DNA of 64,000 nucleotides from Candidatus Latescibacterota bacterium (GTDB lineage Bacteria; Latescibacterota; UBA2968; UBA8231). The notes below the pieces were generated by a model. That model was not told the DNA's origin and did no database searches. It saw only the letters and a list, made by a program, of their open reading frames with translations. Shown here piece after piece: positions 55,519-64,000 of the stretch. The position numbers and the translations under genes are program-made. The DNA lies in contig OZ241362.1 in the NCBI GenBank assembly GCA_965200315.1, forward strand, positions 5,216,001 through 5,280,000. Direction: 5' to 3'. Position 1 is the stretch's first letter; each line of letters opens with the position of its first letter.

Positions 55519-57264
55519 ATGGACCGCGATGTGATGACCAACGAAGAGAATTACTGTTTTGACGTGGCTGGATATTTGCACGTGCCGGGGACGTTGACTC
55601 GGCCGCAGGTCGAGCGGCTCAATAGGGAGATTGACGCCATGGGGGCGACGGAAGGGATGCTGGGCTGGCCGGGGAAGGCGCGGGAGCCGTTCCGCGACCT
55701 GTTGGTGCATCCGGCGTTGGTGTGGTATCTCAACCAGCTCGTCGGCGAGGGGTTTATCCTCGACCGCGCACCACAAGTTTGGTGCGAGGAGACCGGCGAT
55801 ACGAGTGCGCCGCTGGTCGGCGGCAACGAGCCTCGGGACCCGGCCATTGCTTACTACTTCCAGAACGGGCGGCGCTTCAGCGAGGGAGTGCGGGTGCTGT
55901 GGGCGCTGGAGGATGTCGGGGAGGGGGACGGCGGTTTTGTGCTGGTGCCGTGCAGCCACAAGGGCAATGTGGCGACGCCGGAGGAGGTAGCGACCGGGGC
56001 CGACGATATGGGGCTTACCTCGCAGCCGGAGCTCCAAGCGGGGGATTTGCTGATCGTGGCGTTGGCGACTGTGCAGGGGATGCGGCCGTGGAAGGGGAAA
56101 GGACGCCAGCGGCTGCTGAGTTACGAATTCGTGGGACGCGGCGCGATCCGCAGCGCGGGGACTGGGCCGCAGACCAAAGCGGAGCCGCGCCCGGAATGGC
56201 ACGCCGAATTGGATGCGGTGCAGCGGGCCTCGCTCTACAAGCCGGGCTATCAGGCCATGTCTCCGCCGCCGACGATTGCGACCGATGGCCAGACGACGCG
56301 GATGGAGTCCGGGGTCTTCCATCCGTCGCTTTTGCAAGAAGATCCCAACAGCAGCATCGACTACCGGGAATTTTACTTTTGGGACCTCAACGGCTATCTG
56401 GTCTTGCGCGGGGTGATGGACGAGGAGTGGTTGGCCGCGGCCAACGAGGCTGTGGACCGCTTTGCGGAGCAAATCCAAGTCGGCGAAGAGCTGGCGCGCG
56501 GGTCCAAAAGCTTGGCGGGAACGGGGCGGCCCTTGTTGCACGGACTGCTGGAACTGCCTCATCCGCATTGCGAACCGTTCCGGCGCATGGTCGCGCATCC
56601 GGCGGTCGAGCACCGGCTGAACTGGATGGGCGGCAGCGGCGGGCGGATGGGTGGAGCGACAGGTTTTGTCTCGGTCAAGGGGACCAGCGGCCACGCCCTG
56701 CACGACGCCAACGAGCCGCTCAACCCCAGCCGCGGCTATGTGTACCACAACGGCCGCAGCTATTGCGAGGCAATCACCGTAACTTGGCAGCTCCGGGACG
56801 TGCGGGCGGGCGACGGGGGTTTTGCCTGCGTGCCGGGCAGCCACAAGGCCTACTACAAAATACCTCCCGGCGTACGGACCTGCGACCGCGATATGGGGCT
56901 GGTCAAACACGTCGAGATGCAGGCCGGCGATGTGCTGTTCTTCGGCGATGGCGGCACGACCCACGGGGCGTTGGCTTGGAAGAGCGAGATGGCGCGGCGG
57001 GGCATCCTGATCAAGTATTCGTCGCGCAACTTCAACCGCAGCGGCGGCGAGATGGTCCACCCGCAAAACCGCTGGGGCGAATTGGTCGAGGGCATGAGCG
57101 ACGCCCAGTTGGCGGTGATGCGCGGCCCGGACCGCGATGTGTTCAACAGCAACGTGCCGCGGCTAGACGTGGCCAATGGCGAAGTGACCGTGTCGTACGA
57201 GCGGGGATCGTCGCTCTATAGCAAGGAAGCGCCGACCGGGCCGTTGGCAGAGGACAAGCCCTAG
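55519..57264 (+). CDS. Tandem two-domain phytanoyl-CoA dioxygenase (PhyH)-family protein
   Basis: Two repeats of (F/W)D..GYL...EPFR....HP...W.L.DV..GDGGF..VP.SHK...AGD; RBS AAGGAGG. Confidence 0.88.
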   Translation: MDRDVMTNEENYCFDVAGYLHVPGTLTRPQVERLNREIDAMGATEGMLGWPGKAREPFRDLLVHPALVWYLNQLVGEGFILDRAPQVWCEETGDTSAPLVGGNEPRDPAIAYYFQNGRRFSEGVRVLWALEDVGEGDGGFVLVPCSHKGNVATPEEVATGADDMGLTSQPELQAGDLLIVALATVQGMRPWKGKGRQRLLSYEFVGRGAIRSAGTGPQTKAEPRPEWHAELDAVQRASLYKPGYQAMSPPPTIATDGQTTRMESGVFHPSLLQEDPNSSIDYREFYFWDLNGYLVLRGVMDEEWLAAANEAVDRFAEQIQVGEELARGSKSLAGTGRPLLHGLLELPHPHCEPFRRMVAHPAVEHRLNWMGGSGGRMGGATGFVSVKGTSGHALHDANEPLNPSRGYVYHNGRSYCEAITVTWQLRDVRAGDGGFACVPGSHKAYYKIPPGVRTCDRDMGLVKHVEMQAGDVLFFGDGGTTHGALAWKSEMARRGILIKYSSRNFNRSGGEMVHPQNRWGELVEGMSDAQLAVMRGPDRDVFNSNVPRLDVANGEVTVSYERGSSLYSKEAPTGPLAEDKP

Positions 57265-57265
57265 A

Positions 57266-57392
57266 AGCCATCTCACATGGCTGTCCTATCCTAACTGGGT
57301 GCGTGGACGTCTCGCCCGCTGGCTTACGGCCGGGAACGCAGCGGAGCCGGATCCGATAGACGTTCCATGCTTTCAACTCATGTAGGATGGCT
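57266..57392. mobile_element. Possible degenerate MITE
   Basis: Imperfect 14-bp inverted ends AGCCATCTCACATG / CATGTAGGATGGCT (12/14), with TAG one base outside each end. Confidence 0.4.
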
Positions 57393-57427
57393 ATAGATGC
57401 CACCAGCCCCTAGGCTTGTTAAACAAC

Positions 57428-57440
57428 GGTCGCCCCTACA
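57428..57440 (-). repeat. GTAG-class REP half-site
   Basis: Minus strand TGTAGGGGCGACC, the typical start of GTAG REP palindromes; the partner arm is absent. Confidence 0.4.
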
Positions 57441-57507
57441 CAAATGACGTATGCAGACGTTTATGAGATGACTTCTAATCCCCATCCATCGACACTTGGG
57501 AGGAATC

Positions 57508-58418
57508 ATGCGCCTATCTATCCTAATCCTCATCCTCGGCACAGCCCAGCTAATCGCAGCCGACGCACCCGACTGGCGGCGACCTGTAGCCACGTATTCC
57601 ATAGTCGCCCGCGATTCCCTCAGCGGACAGCTCGGCGTCGCCGTCCAGTCGCACTGGTTTTCCGTGGGGCCTATCGTTCTGTGGGCCCGTCCCGGCGTTG
57701 GCGCGGTGGCCACCCAATCCCTCGTTGATCCGGCCTACGGTCTGCTCGGCCTCGAACTGATGGCCATGGGCAAGACGGCTTCAGCGGCCCTCACCGCTTT
57801 GCTTGCGGGAGATGCCGACTCTGCGGTGCGGCAAGTGGCCATGGTCGATGCTGCTGGGAATGTAGCTGGCCACACGGGCGCGCGGGCCATCAGACCGGGG
57901 CCCAGTACAGCGTCCAAGCGAATCTGATGGACCAAGACAGCGTGTGGCCGGCTATGGCACACGCCTACGAAAACGCCGAAGGCGATCTAGCCGAGCGGCT
58001 GCTGGTGGCCCTCGAAGCCGCCGAGGCCGAGGGGGGAGACCTACGCGGCCGCCAGTCCGCGGCTATCCTCGTGGTCTCTGCCGAGGATACGGGCCGGCCG
58101 TGGGTCGATCGCCTGTTCGATCTGCGCGTGGAAGATCATCCCGAGCCTGTGGCGGAACTGCGCCGCTTGGTGCGTCTGGCGCGGGCCTACCACAAGCTCA
58201 ACGAGGGCGACGAATGGGTGACCGCAGGCGACATGGAGGCGGCGATGGATGCCTACCGCGCAGCGACCGAGTTGGTGCCCGATGCGGCGACGGGCGGCGA
58301 GGCTCCGTTCTGGGTGGGTGTGACCTTGGTTTCTGAGGGCCGCGTGGAAGAGGCCGTGCCCTACCTGCAACGGGCGCAGGCACAGCACGCCCGCTGGGCG
58401 CAGAGCCTTCGTTGCTAA
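57508..58418 (+). pseudogene. DUF1028 (Ntn-hydrolase-like) protein with TPR tail, frameshifted
   Basis: Signal peptide, TYSIVARD..GQLGVAVQS, GAVATQS; frameshift near 57890-57925; AEGGDLRGRQSAA, DLRVEDHPEPVAEL. Confidence 0.8.
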
Positions 58419-58620
58419 ATAATGCACCTGCTGGACGAAATGAATTTCCTGCATCATTTCGTCGTGTGGGAATTCTTCGCGGATCCTCTCTCGCTCATCA
58501 TCCGTCACTTGGCCCATCGGTAGCTCCTGTGGCTCTGGTGGAGCCATGAGCTCAACTGGCCCATATCCTATCAAAGGGTTTACCAAGTTTACTTCTCGAC
58601 GGGTTGCGCGTTCCAGCAGC
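58415..58620 (-). pseudogene. Short gene remnants (possible PIN-type toxin tail plus small partner)
   Basis: ...REVNLVNPLIGYGPVELMAPPE then MGQVTDDERERIREEFPHDEMMQEIHF; AT-richer patch; family assignment weak. Confidence 0.3.
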
Positions 58621-58623
58621 ACC

Positions 58624-59727
58624 TTACTCGACGACAATCGCATGGATCGTGGCCGCCTGCATAGCTTCCCAGTCCACGGCGAGGCCGAGGCCCGGCCCGG
58701 CGGGCGCGTACGCATAGCCGTCGGGTTGGGCGCGGATGACTTCTTGCATTCCGTATTCGTAGGGTTCGCAGGGAACCGACTGCTCGAAATAGGAGCAATT
58801 GTCGCGAGCCAGCATCAGGTGCAGGTTGGCGGCCGACACGAGGCTGTATCCCCACGACATGATCTCGCATTTCATGCCAGCCGCTTCGGTGAGGGCGATC
58901 GCTTTGTTGGTCTGCGTGATTCCGCCCATCATGGCCACATCGGTGCGGGCGCGGCCCCACGCCTTTGAATGGAGGGCTTCGGCAAAGGTGTGGAGGTCTT
59001 GGAACCAGTTGCCGGACGGCAGGATTGGAATGGTTACCCGGCGCGTCAGATCGCGGTAGCCGTCGAGGTCCGAGTCGTGCAGCGGGGCCTCAAACCACGT
59101 AAAGCCCATTGCTTCAAGCTCTTGGGCCACGCGCAGGGCACCGTCGCGGTCGTAGTTGTTTTCGGCGTCGAGCATGAAGGCGACCTCGTTGCCGGGGTAC
59201 TGCTTTCTGACGGTGCGGGCAAGTTCGAGGTCTAGCTCGGGGATGCACCAAGTGTGGAACTTGATGGCCTTGAAGCCTTGGGCGATGAATTCCTCGGCAT
59301 TCTGTAGATAGGATTCGACATCCTCAAAGAGCGGGGTGCTGGCGTAGGCGGGGATTTTGTCACGCGCTCCGCCCAGTAGCTGGTAGAGCGGCAGTCCCGC
59401 CACCTTGCCTGCCAAATCCCACAAGGCAATATCGATGGCGGCCAGCGACTGGGGCGGCAGCGGAAAGACGCGCGGCCTGATCGCGTGCCATATGTGTTCC
59501 CGCAAGAGCGGGTCCTTGCCCAGCAGGATGGGGGCTAGGTGGCGTATGGATTCGGCGGTGTAGCGCTCGAAGTCAAAGGAGGTCGCGTTCCAGACGCCGG
59601 CTACGCCCTCGTCTGTATAGAGCCTGACGACCGTGTTGGTCGAGTACTGGTCCGGCAGATCATCCGACCAAGTGAAGCGGTCAACCGGCGGAGCTACGGT
59701 GCGTATTTCGACCTTGGTGATGTGCAT
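58624..59727 (-). CDS. Mandelate racemase / muconate lactonizing enzyme family protein
   Basis: AIDIALWDLAGK..GLPLYQLLGG, GFKAIKFH, MLDAE, WFEAP, GGIT. Confidence 0.92.
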   Translation of the reverse strand: MHITKVEIRTVAPPVDRFTWSDDLPDQYSTNTVVRLYTDEGVAGVWNATSFDFERYTAESIRHLAPILLGKDPLLREHIWHAIRPRVFPLPPQSLAAIDIALWDLAGKVAGLPLYQLLGGARDKIPAYASTPLFEDVESYLQNAEEFIAQGFKAIKFHTWCIPELDLELARTVRKQYPGNEVAFMLDAENNYDRDGALRVAQELEAMGFTWFEAPLHDSDLDGYRDLTRRVTIPILPSGNWFQDLHTFAEALHSKAWGRARTDVAMMGGITQTNKAIALTEAAGMKCEIMSWGYSLVSAANLHLMLARDNCSYFEQSVPCEPYEYGMQEVIRAQPDGYAYAPAGPGLGLAVDWEAMQAATIHAIVVE

Positions 59728-59751
59728 GGAATACCTTTCGTGGAAACGAAT

Positions 59752-61437
59752 CTATAAGGCCGATTCGGATGCGAGGTTCTCGGGATATATTTCGATGTGC
59801 TCTGCATACTGCTCCCGCAGTTGGTTTAGAAATGCTTCAAAACGCTCCTCAATGCGCTGGCCATTTGCCGATCGCACCATCTTTTTTACGGTTTGCTGAA
59901 CCTCGGGATGGGCAAAAGGTAGCAATCGGGCCGGGCGTTGCTCCAGCGTGCGAAACACGATGTATCCCGGCCAGATTTTTTCGCGCGGCTGGAAGTGTAC
60001 CAAGAAAGGCCCACCGACTTTTTCCACTGGGGTTTTGCGGACGGCCGCCAGCACGGCCGACATGGAGTGCGGGGAGTGGGCGTGTTGTTCGTCTTCCTCG
60101 CGGTGGATGTGGTAAATGTTATAGTGGAACCAAGCGTCGTGAAAGCGAGGATAACCTTGGGCCAAAGTCCACATATCGGCTCCTTGGCGCACTTTTTCGG
60201 CGACGTCGAGTGCATCTGCTTCGTGGCGGAGCAGGATGGCTTCGTAGATGAGCAGATCGGGATCGGTAAACCAAGATAGATGATCCTCGTAATAGGCCCG
60301 CCTAGCCGCTTCGTTGACAAGTGGTGCTTCGGCCTCTAGGCGGCGCAATTCTTCGATCATTAGCACTGTTTGGCGCTTTTCTAGGTAGCGCTTCATCTCG
60401 TCGTCGTCGGCTAGCCCGGCCTGCTGAGCGGCTAGCGGCAACAGTACGGAATCGACTGCCGTGCGTCTGGCGTACCGAGCAATACTCGCGGTATCTACGG
60501 TTACGGGACGCCGCTGGGATGGGGTTGCTACTAACCATTGCAGGTACTGTCCAAGTGTAACCTGCCCCCCTTCATAGAGCATTAGCTGCTTTGCTGACTG
60601 CTCGCCCTCGTTGAACTCGGGTATGCCGTGGGAGGCGGTTTTGCCCAGTTTTACTAGCTGCAACCAAGTTTCTTCGACTAGCTGTAGATTGAACTGTTTT
60701 CTGGTGTTCGTGCGCAACTCCGCCGTGCGCACGGCAAGGCGATCGGCGTAGAGCCGGTCTTTGATCCTCTTTTTTACGGACTCATAGGACAGCGGGCGCT
60801 CGTCCTCCACGCGCACGATGTGGAAGTAGCCCTCTCTGCCTTGGAAAGGCTCAGACAGCTCGCCCAACGGCATGGAAAAGAGCACCTTGCTGACGGGGCC
60901 GATCATCAAGGACTCGTCCCAGTAACCTAGGTCTCCTCCTTTATCAGCGGTCTGTTGGTCCAGAGAAAAACGACGGGCTAGCTCGGCGAAATTTTCACCA
61001 TCTAGGAGCGCTTGGTAGAGCGTTTGCGCTTCTGCCGCTGTTTTTACCATGATATGCCGCCCCCGCACCTCGCGCTTGGTGTGCAGGGCACTGTTTTCGT
61101 AATAGGTCCTGATCTCTGCGTCAGAGACTGTTATACGGCTTTTAACCTCTCTTTCGATGAGGCGTTCTACGGCCCGTTGTCGGCGCACGCGTTCTAAGCC
61201 GGATAGGACCTGAGTGCTTTTATCCAGTTCCCTATTCTTGGCTTCTATGAGCAGCAATTCGCGGTTGATAAGCGTCTCTAGGACATCTTGCTTTGATTTT
61301 TTTTGCTCCTGCGGCAACTTGTCCCAGACCCGTTCCACCTGATCGATCGCGATGATCCGCTCGGCGATCCGCGCTGCTACAGAATGGTTCTCCGCGCATC
61401 CCAAGAGGATGCCGGACAAAAGGACTACCATTATCAC
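59752..61437 (-). CDS. Parvulin-type peptidyl-prolyl isomerase lipoprotein (PrsA/SurA-like)
   Basis: Lipobox LLGC; RHIMV, FAELARRFS.D, KGGDLG, GYFHIVRV; second degenerate parvulin domain. Confidence 0.85.
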   Translation of the reverse strand: MIMVVLLSGILLGCAENHSVAARIAERIIAIDQVERVWDKLPQEQKKSKQDVLETLINRELLLIEAKNRELDKSTQVLSGLERVRRQRAVERLIEREVKSRITVSDAEIRTYYENSALHTKREVRGRHIMVKTAAEAQTLYQALLDGENFAELARRFSLDQQTADKGGDLGYWDESLMIGPVSKVLFSMPLGELSEPFQGREGYFHIVRVEDERPLSYESVKKRIKDRLYADRLAVRTAELRTNTRKQFNLQLVEETWLQLVKLGKTASHGIPEFNEGEQSAKQLMLYEGGQVTLGQYLQWLVATPSQRRPVTVDTASIARYARRTAVDSVLLPLAAQQAGLADDDEMKRYLEKRQTVLMIEELRRLEAEAPLVNEAARRAYYEDHLSWFTDPDLLIYEAILLRHEADALDVAEKVRQGADMWTLAQGYPRFHDAWFHYNIYHIHREEDEQHAHSPHSMSAVLAAVRKTPVEKVGGPFLVHFQPREKIWPGYIVFRTLEQRPARLLPFAHPEVQQTVKKMVRSANGQRIEERFEAFLNQLREQYAEHIEIYPENLASESAL

Positions 61438-61518
61438 TATAGCTTCTCCACGGTTCAGGATTGTGCGGGGGAGGATAAGGACGAGGTAGAGGTGCTTGGT
61501 GGGGGCGAAGTTTGCAAT

Positions 61519-61698
61519 TTATTGCACAGGTTCGAGCTCGAGGAGAACCAGCAGCCAAGTACGCGCCCAATAGGCGCTGTTGATATAAGGCGTCTTCGCG
61601 GTGGGCCAGTTCTGCCAGTAGGTCTCGTTGTGGGGGATTCTGTGGTACCACTGGAGTATCGGAATGGAGGGTAGCTCGCGCAGCCAGATTTTTGACAT
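61519..61698 (-). pseudogene. C-terminal remnant of a family-5 ABC solute-binding protein
   Basis: MSKIWLRELPSIPILQWYHRIPHNETYWQNWPTAKTPYINSAYWARTWLLVLLELEPVQ* (59 aa, below the ORF-track cutoff); resembles peptide-binding SBP C-termini. Confidence 0.65.
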
Positions 61699-61718
61699 GC
61701 ACTATGCTATTAAATAGC

Positions 61719-61748
61719 TTGAACGGGCAAAAGGGCGTATGGTATAAC
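61719..61748 (+). promoter_or_regulatory. Putative sigma70 promoter
   Basis: TTGAAC, 18-nt spacer, extended -10 TGnTATAAC. Confidence 0.5.
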
Positions 61749-61834
61749 CCTTCAAAAAGGAGGTTTTAGTAGTGAACAGAACGAGCATATCTGACCAACA
61801 AAACAGCCCATTTAATCCTAAAAGGAGGCTAACC

Positions 61835-62743
61835 ATGAGAATCTGTGCTGTTTTTGGCGTTTTGCTGTTGGCTACGAGCATGTGCTTTGCGCACAGCAAC
61901 GCCAATGGTTTCGGGTATTTCGCTTTGGAATGGCCCGCGGATGTGACGTACGTCGCCGATGGTGAGGATGGAGATTGGGCGTGGTACGATCCCAATTTCA
62001 TCGTCACTCCCGACGAAATGGGCGAGGTCGTACAGCAGGTGATTCCAGATAAGAGCGATATTGATGTTTCCATCAGGACCGCTTGGACGCAGGCACCCGA
62101 CAACCGCATCTTTGGCTTTGTGCGGGTGACGGACGATTCGCTGCACGCGGCCGAAACAGATCCGGAAAACGGATGGTATGAGGACGACCTCGAAATCATT
62201 ACCGACGGCGACCACAGTGGTGGCCCGTACCGCGATCCGAACCAAGTAAACGCTCAGCAGTGGACCATGCACGTGCAGGTTCCCGGCGGGTATTCGACGC
62301 CCTACGGCAACGGCACGACTTGGCTACGCAAAGACGCCGATCCAGCCAAGCAGTGGGCCACAGCCTATATTGAGGCCGATGTCAGTCTCAGTCCTCCTGG
62401 TGCTACGCACGGATCGACCAATGTCACCTTAGGCTATGAGTTCGCCATGCCGCTGTGGGTCAGCTTGGAAAACGACGAGGCCTCTACCGAACGCGTGGTC
62501 CTGCAACCGGGAATGACCGTTGGTCTCACCTATCAGCTCAACGAGGCCGATACGACACCTGCGGAAGGTGCCGCCCGGACGCATCAGCTTGTCACTGGGG
62601 ATGTCAACGGGGCGCATAGAGATCAGGATTTCGCCTCTGACTTTACCCTACTTACCGTAGATGAGTACACCCGGGGCAGCGATGCTGGCACTGCGGTCGA
62701 AGGCAGTACTTGGGGAAAAATTAAGGCTACTTTCGACGAGTAA
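61835..62743 (+). CDS. Secreted CBM9/DOMON-like protein with C-terminal TWGKIK motif
   Basis: RBS AAGGAGG, signal peptide, DG..DW, VTDD, DDLEI..DGD, GYEFAMP; ends AVEGSTWGKIKATFDE. Confidence 0.75.
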   Translation: MRICAVFGVLLLATSMCFAHSNANGFGYFALEWPADVTYVADGEDGDWAWYDPNFIVTPDEMGEVVQQVIPDKSDIDVSIRTAWTQAPDNRIFGFVRVTDDSLHAAETDPENGWYEDDLEIITDGDHSGGPYRDPNQVNAQQWTMHVQVPGGYSTPYGNGTTWLRKDADPAKQWATAYIEADVSLSPPGATHGSTNVTLGYEFAMPLWVSLENDEASTERVVLQPGMTVGLTYQLNEADTTPAEGAARTHQLVTGDVNGAHRDQDFASDFTLLTVDEYTRGSDAGTAVEGSTWGKIKATFDE

Positions 62744-62765
62744 AATTTCTCCATTTTATTTTGCC

Positions 62766-62803
62766 GCGGGGGAGGAGAGGTGTGCATATCTTTCCTCCCC
62801 CGC
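62766..62803 (+). terminator. Strong intergenic hairpin (terminator or mRNA stabiliser)
   Basis: GCGGGGGAGGA / TCCTCCCCCGC 11-bp stem, extendable by G-U pairs; weak U-tail. Confidence 0.55.
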
Positions 62804-62841
62804 TTGCGCGTTTTGTAGGATACTGGGGGGAGCGCTTTGCC

Positions 62842-63561
62842 ATGAGTTCATATTTGGGTGCCTTGGTGTTGCTGGTCGGTTGTGGTCGCTACTTCCCAGG
62901 ACCGATCGAACCCGCACCCGAAAATAGCCAGCAAGCCTATGCCTCGGTTGAGGACGACGGGACCATTATCGCGGTTTTTAACCGTCTCGAAATTTCCCTG
63001 CGTCCCATGACGGACGAAGAACTGAACCGTCAATTCGCCGACTACTCTGTGGCGGGTGCCAATTCCAAAAATCCATATACCTTTGGCAACTGGAAGCCGC
63101 TGGGCGATACCTATACGCCACCCAAGTACACTGTCTTTTCGGTTCAGGTAAAAAACTACGAGTATCCCAAGGTGCATCTGGACCCCACCCGCATAACCCT
63201 CGTCTCTCAACAGGCTGGCCGCGAGTATGATCCTCTCAACAGAAGAGATATCCTCGAATTCTATGCTTCTATGATTCTCGGATATGCGGGTAATGCCTAC
63301 AGCGTCTTCCAAGAGCGCAGGGAGATTCTGACCCGCACTATGTATCCAGACGAAGACGTTTTCAGCGGCCAGGAAGTCGAGGGGTATGTGGTGTTTCCCG
63401 CCTTACCTCGCGATATCAATGAGTTTATCGTTCACCTCAGCGACGTGGCGATTCGCTTCGACTTCAGGCAGCAACCTGTCGAGACCATAGATCTGGCCTA
63501 TCGCTTCCAGCGCGAGGTGTTCAGGGGGTATCAGCCTCCGGCAGATTGGGCGCAGGAATGA
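62842..63561 (+). CDS. Hypothetical lipoprotein
   Basis: Start MSSYLG at 62842, lipobox LVGC. Confidence 0.75.
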   Translation: MSSYLGALVLLVGCGRYFPGPIEPAPENSQQAYASVEDDGTIIAVFNRLEISLRPMTDEELNRQFADYSVAGANSKNPYTFGNWKPLGDTYTPPKYTVFSVQVKNYEYPKVHLDPTRITLVSQQAGREYDPLNRRDILEFYASMILGYAGNAYSVFQERREILTRTMYPDEDVFSGQEVEGYVVFPALPRDINEFIVHLSDVAIRFDFRQQPVETIDLAYRFQREVFRGYQPPADWAQE

Positions 63562-64000
63562 GACTGCTGGCGAGCAGGCTCACTTTGTGCGGAATATGTT
63601 ATCTGAGCGCGCCGCTTGAAGCACAGGTCGAAAGCTATAAAGTTGGTGAGGATGGGTTTTCTTGGGATTCTCAAGCCGCGGTTGCCGGGGGAGTAGATCT
63701 GCAAGACCCGGCTCTGATCCGGCCCATCGGCTTGGTCGCAACCGACAATATCCTCCGCTCGCTCAACTGGAGCGACTCGCCTACCTTGGACTTTGTCGCC
63801 GAAGGCCGTGCTCACATCTGGGACAACGCCGCGATCGAAGGCTCGGCCGCTGCCTTGGTCGATGGCGATGAGCAGACTTCCTCTGGCGACCGCTTTAAAG
63901 GGCTAGGCACCGATCAGACTGGACGCATCTTTTTTTTGGACTTGGGGGTTTCTTTTCCGGTCAATCGCCTGATCTACTTCCCTAGTCCATCCTTTCCCGA
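63558..64000 (+). CDS. Secreted protein, 3'-truncated by the window edge (discoidin-like segment)
   Basis: ATGA overlap with the upstream gene; frame open to the end: MRLLASRL...LVDGDEQTS...FLDLGVSFPVNRLIYFP. Confidence 0.7.
   Translation, partial: MRLLASRLTLCGICYLSAPLEAQVESYKVGEDGFSWDSQAAVAGGVDLQDPALIRPIGLVATDNILRSLNWSDSPTLDFVAEGRAHIWDNAAIEGSAAALVDGDEQTSSGDRFKGLGTDQTGRIFFLDLGVSFPVNRLIYFPSPSFP

Noticed and set aside
55489-57221. 525-aa minus-strand and 499-aa alternate-frame ORFs
   Set aside because: Shadows of the PhyH gene; low-complexity Arg/Ala/Gly-rich translations.
61465-61475. GCGGGGGAGGA identical to the 5' arm of the hairpin at 62766
   Set aside because: Only 11 nt, G-rich, with no complementary arm; likely chance.
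1-64000. CRISPR arrays, tRNA, rRNA, prophage or intact transposase genes
   Set aside because: No regularly spaced repeats, cloverleaf or rRNA signatures, or phage/transposase ORFs were recognised by eye; a tRNAscan/Infernal run would be needed to exclude short RNAs.

Overview
GC-rich bacterial chromosomal window. Gene content (FlgD-Ig/YPNPFN-tailed secreted proteins, a TWGKIK-tailed protein, PhyH dioxygenase, sulfatases, several Gfo/Idh/MocA oxidoreductases, UBact) suggests a Latescibacterota/Poribacteria-like organism, possibly a marine or sponge symbiont; this is inference only. Housekeeping genes: cysS, lepB, gatB, nadB, guaA, tyrS. Two highlights. (1) A complete UBact-proteasome operon (arc-dop-ubact-prcB-prcA-pafA, 17217-23610) with a Gln-terminated modifier and an ATPase lacking the canonical GQYL tail. 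(2) An apparently complete ribosome-mediated transcription attenuator upstream of tyrS, not in the ORF track: sigma70 promoter, RBS, 19-codon leader with three tandem Tyr codons, competing hairpins and a U-tailed terminator. The window also has many restriction-modification loci (one apparently intact, most decayed), an orphan N6-adenine methyltransferase, a decayed MNT-HEPN module, two MITE-like elements, two paralogous M6 metalloproteases, a Thr-nucleophile sulfatase-fold enzyme, a tandem PhyH protein with non-canonical metal ligands, and many short gene remnants consistent with ongoing deletional erosion. I saw no rRNA, tRNA or CRISPR array.
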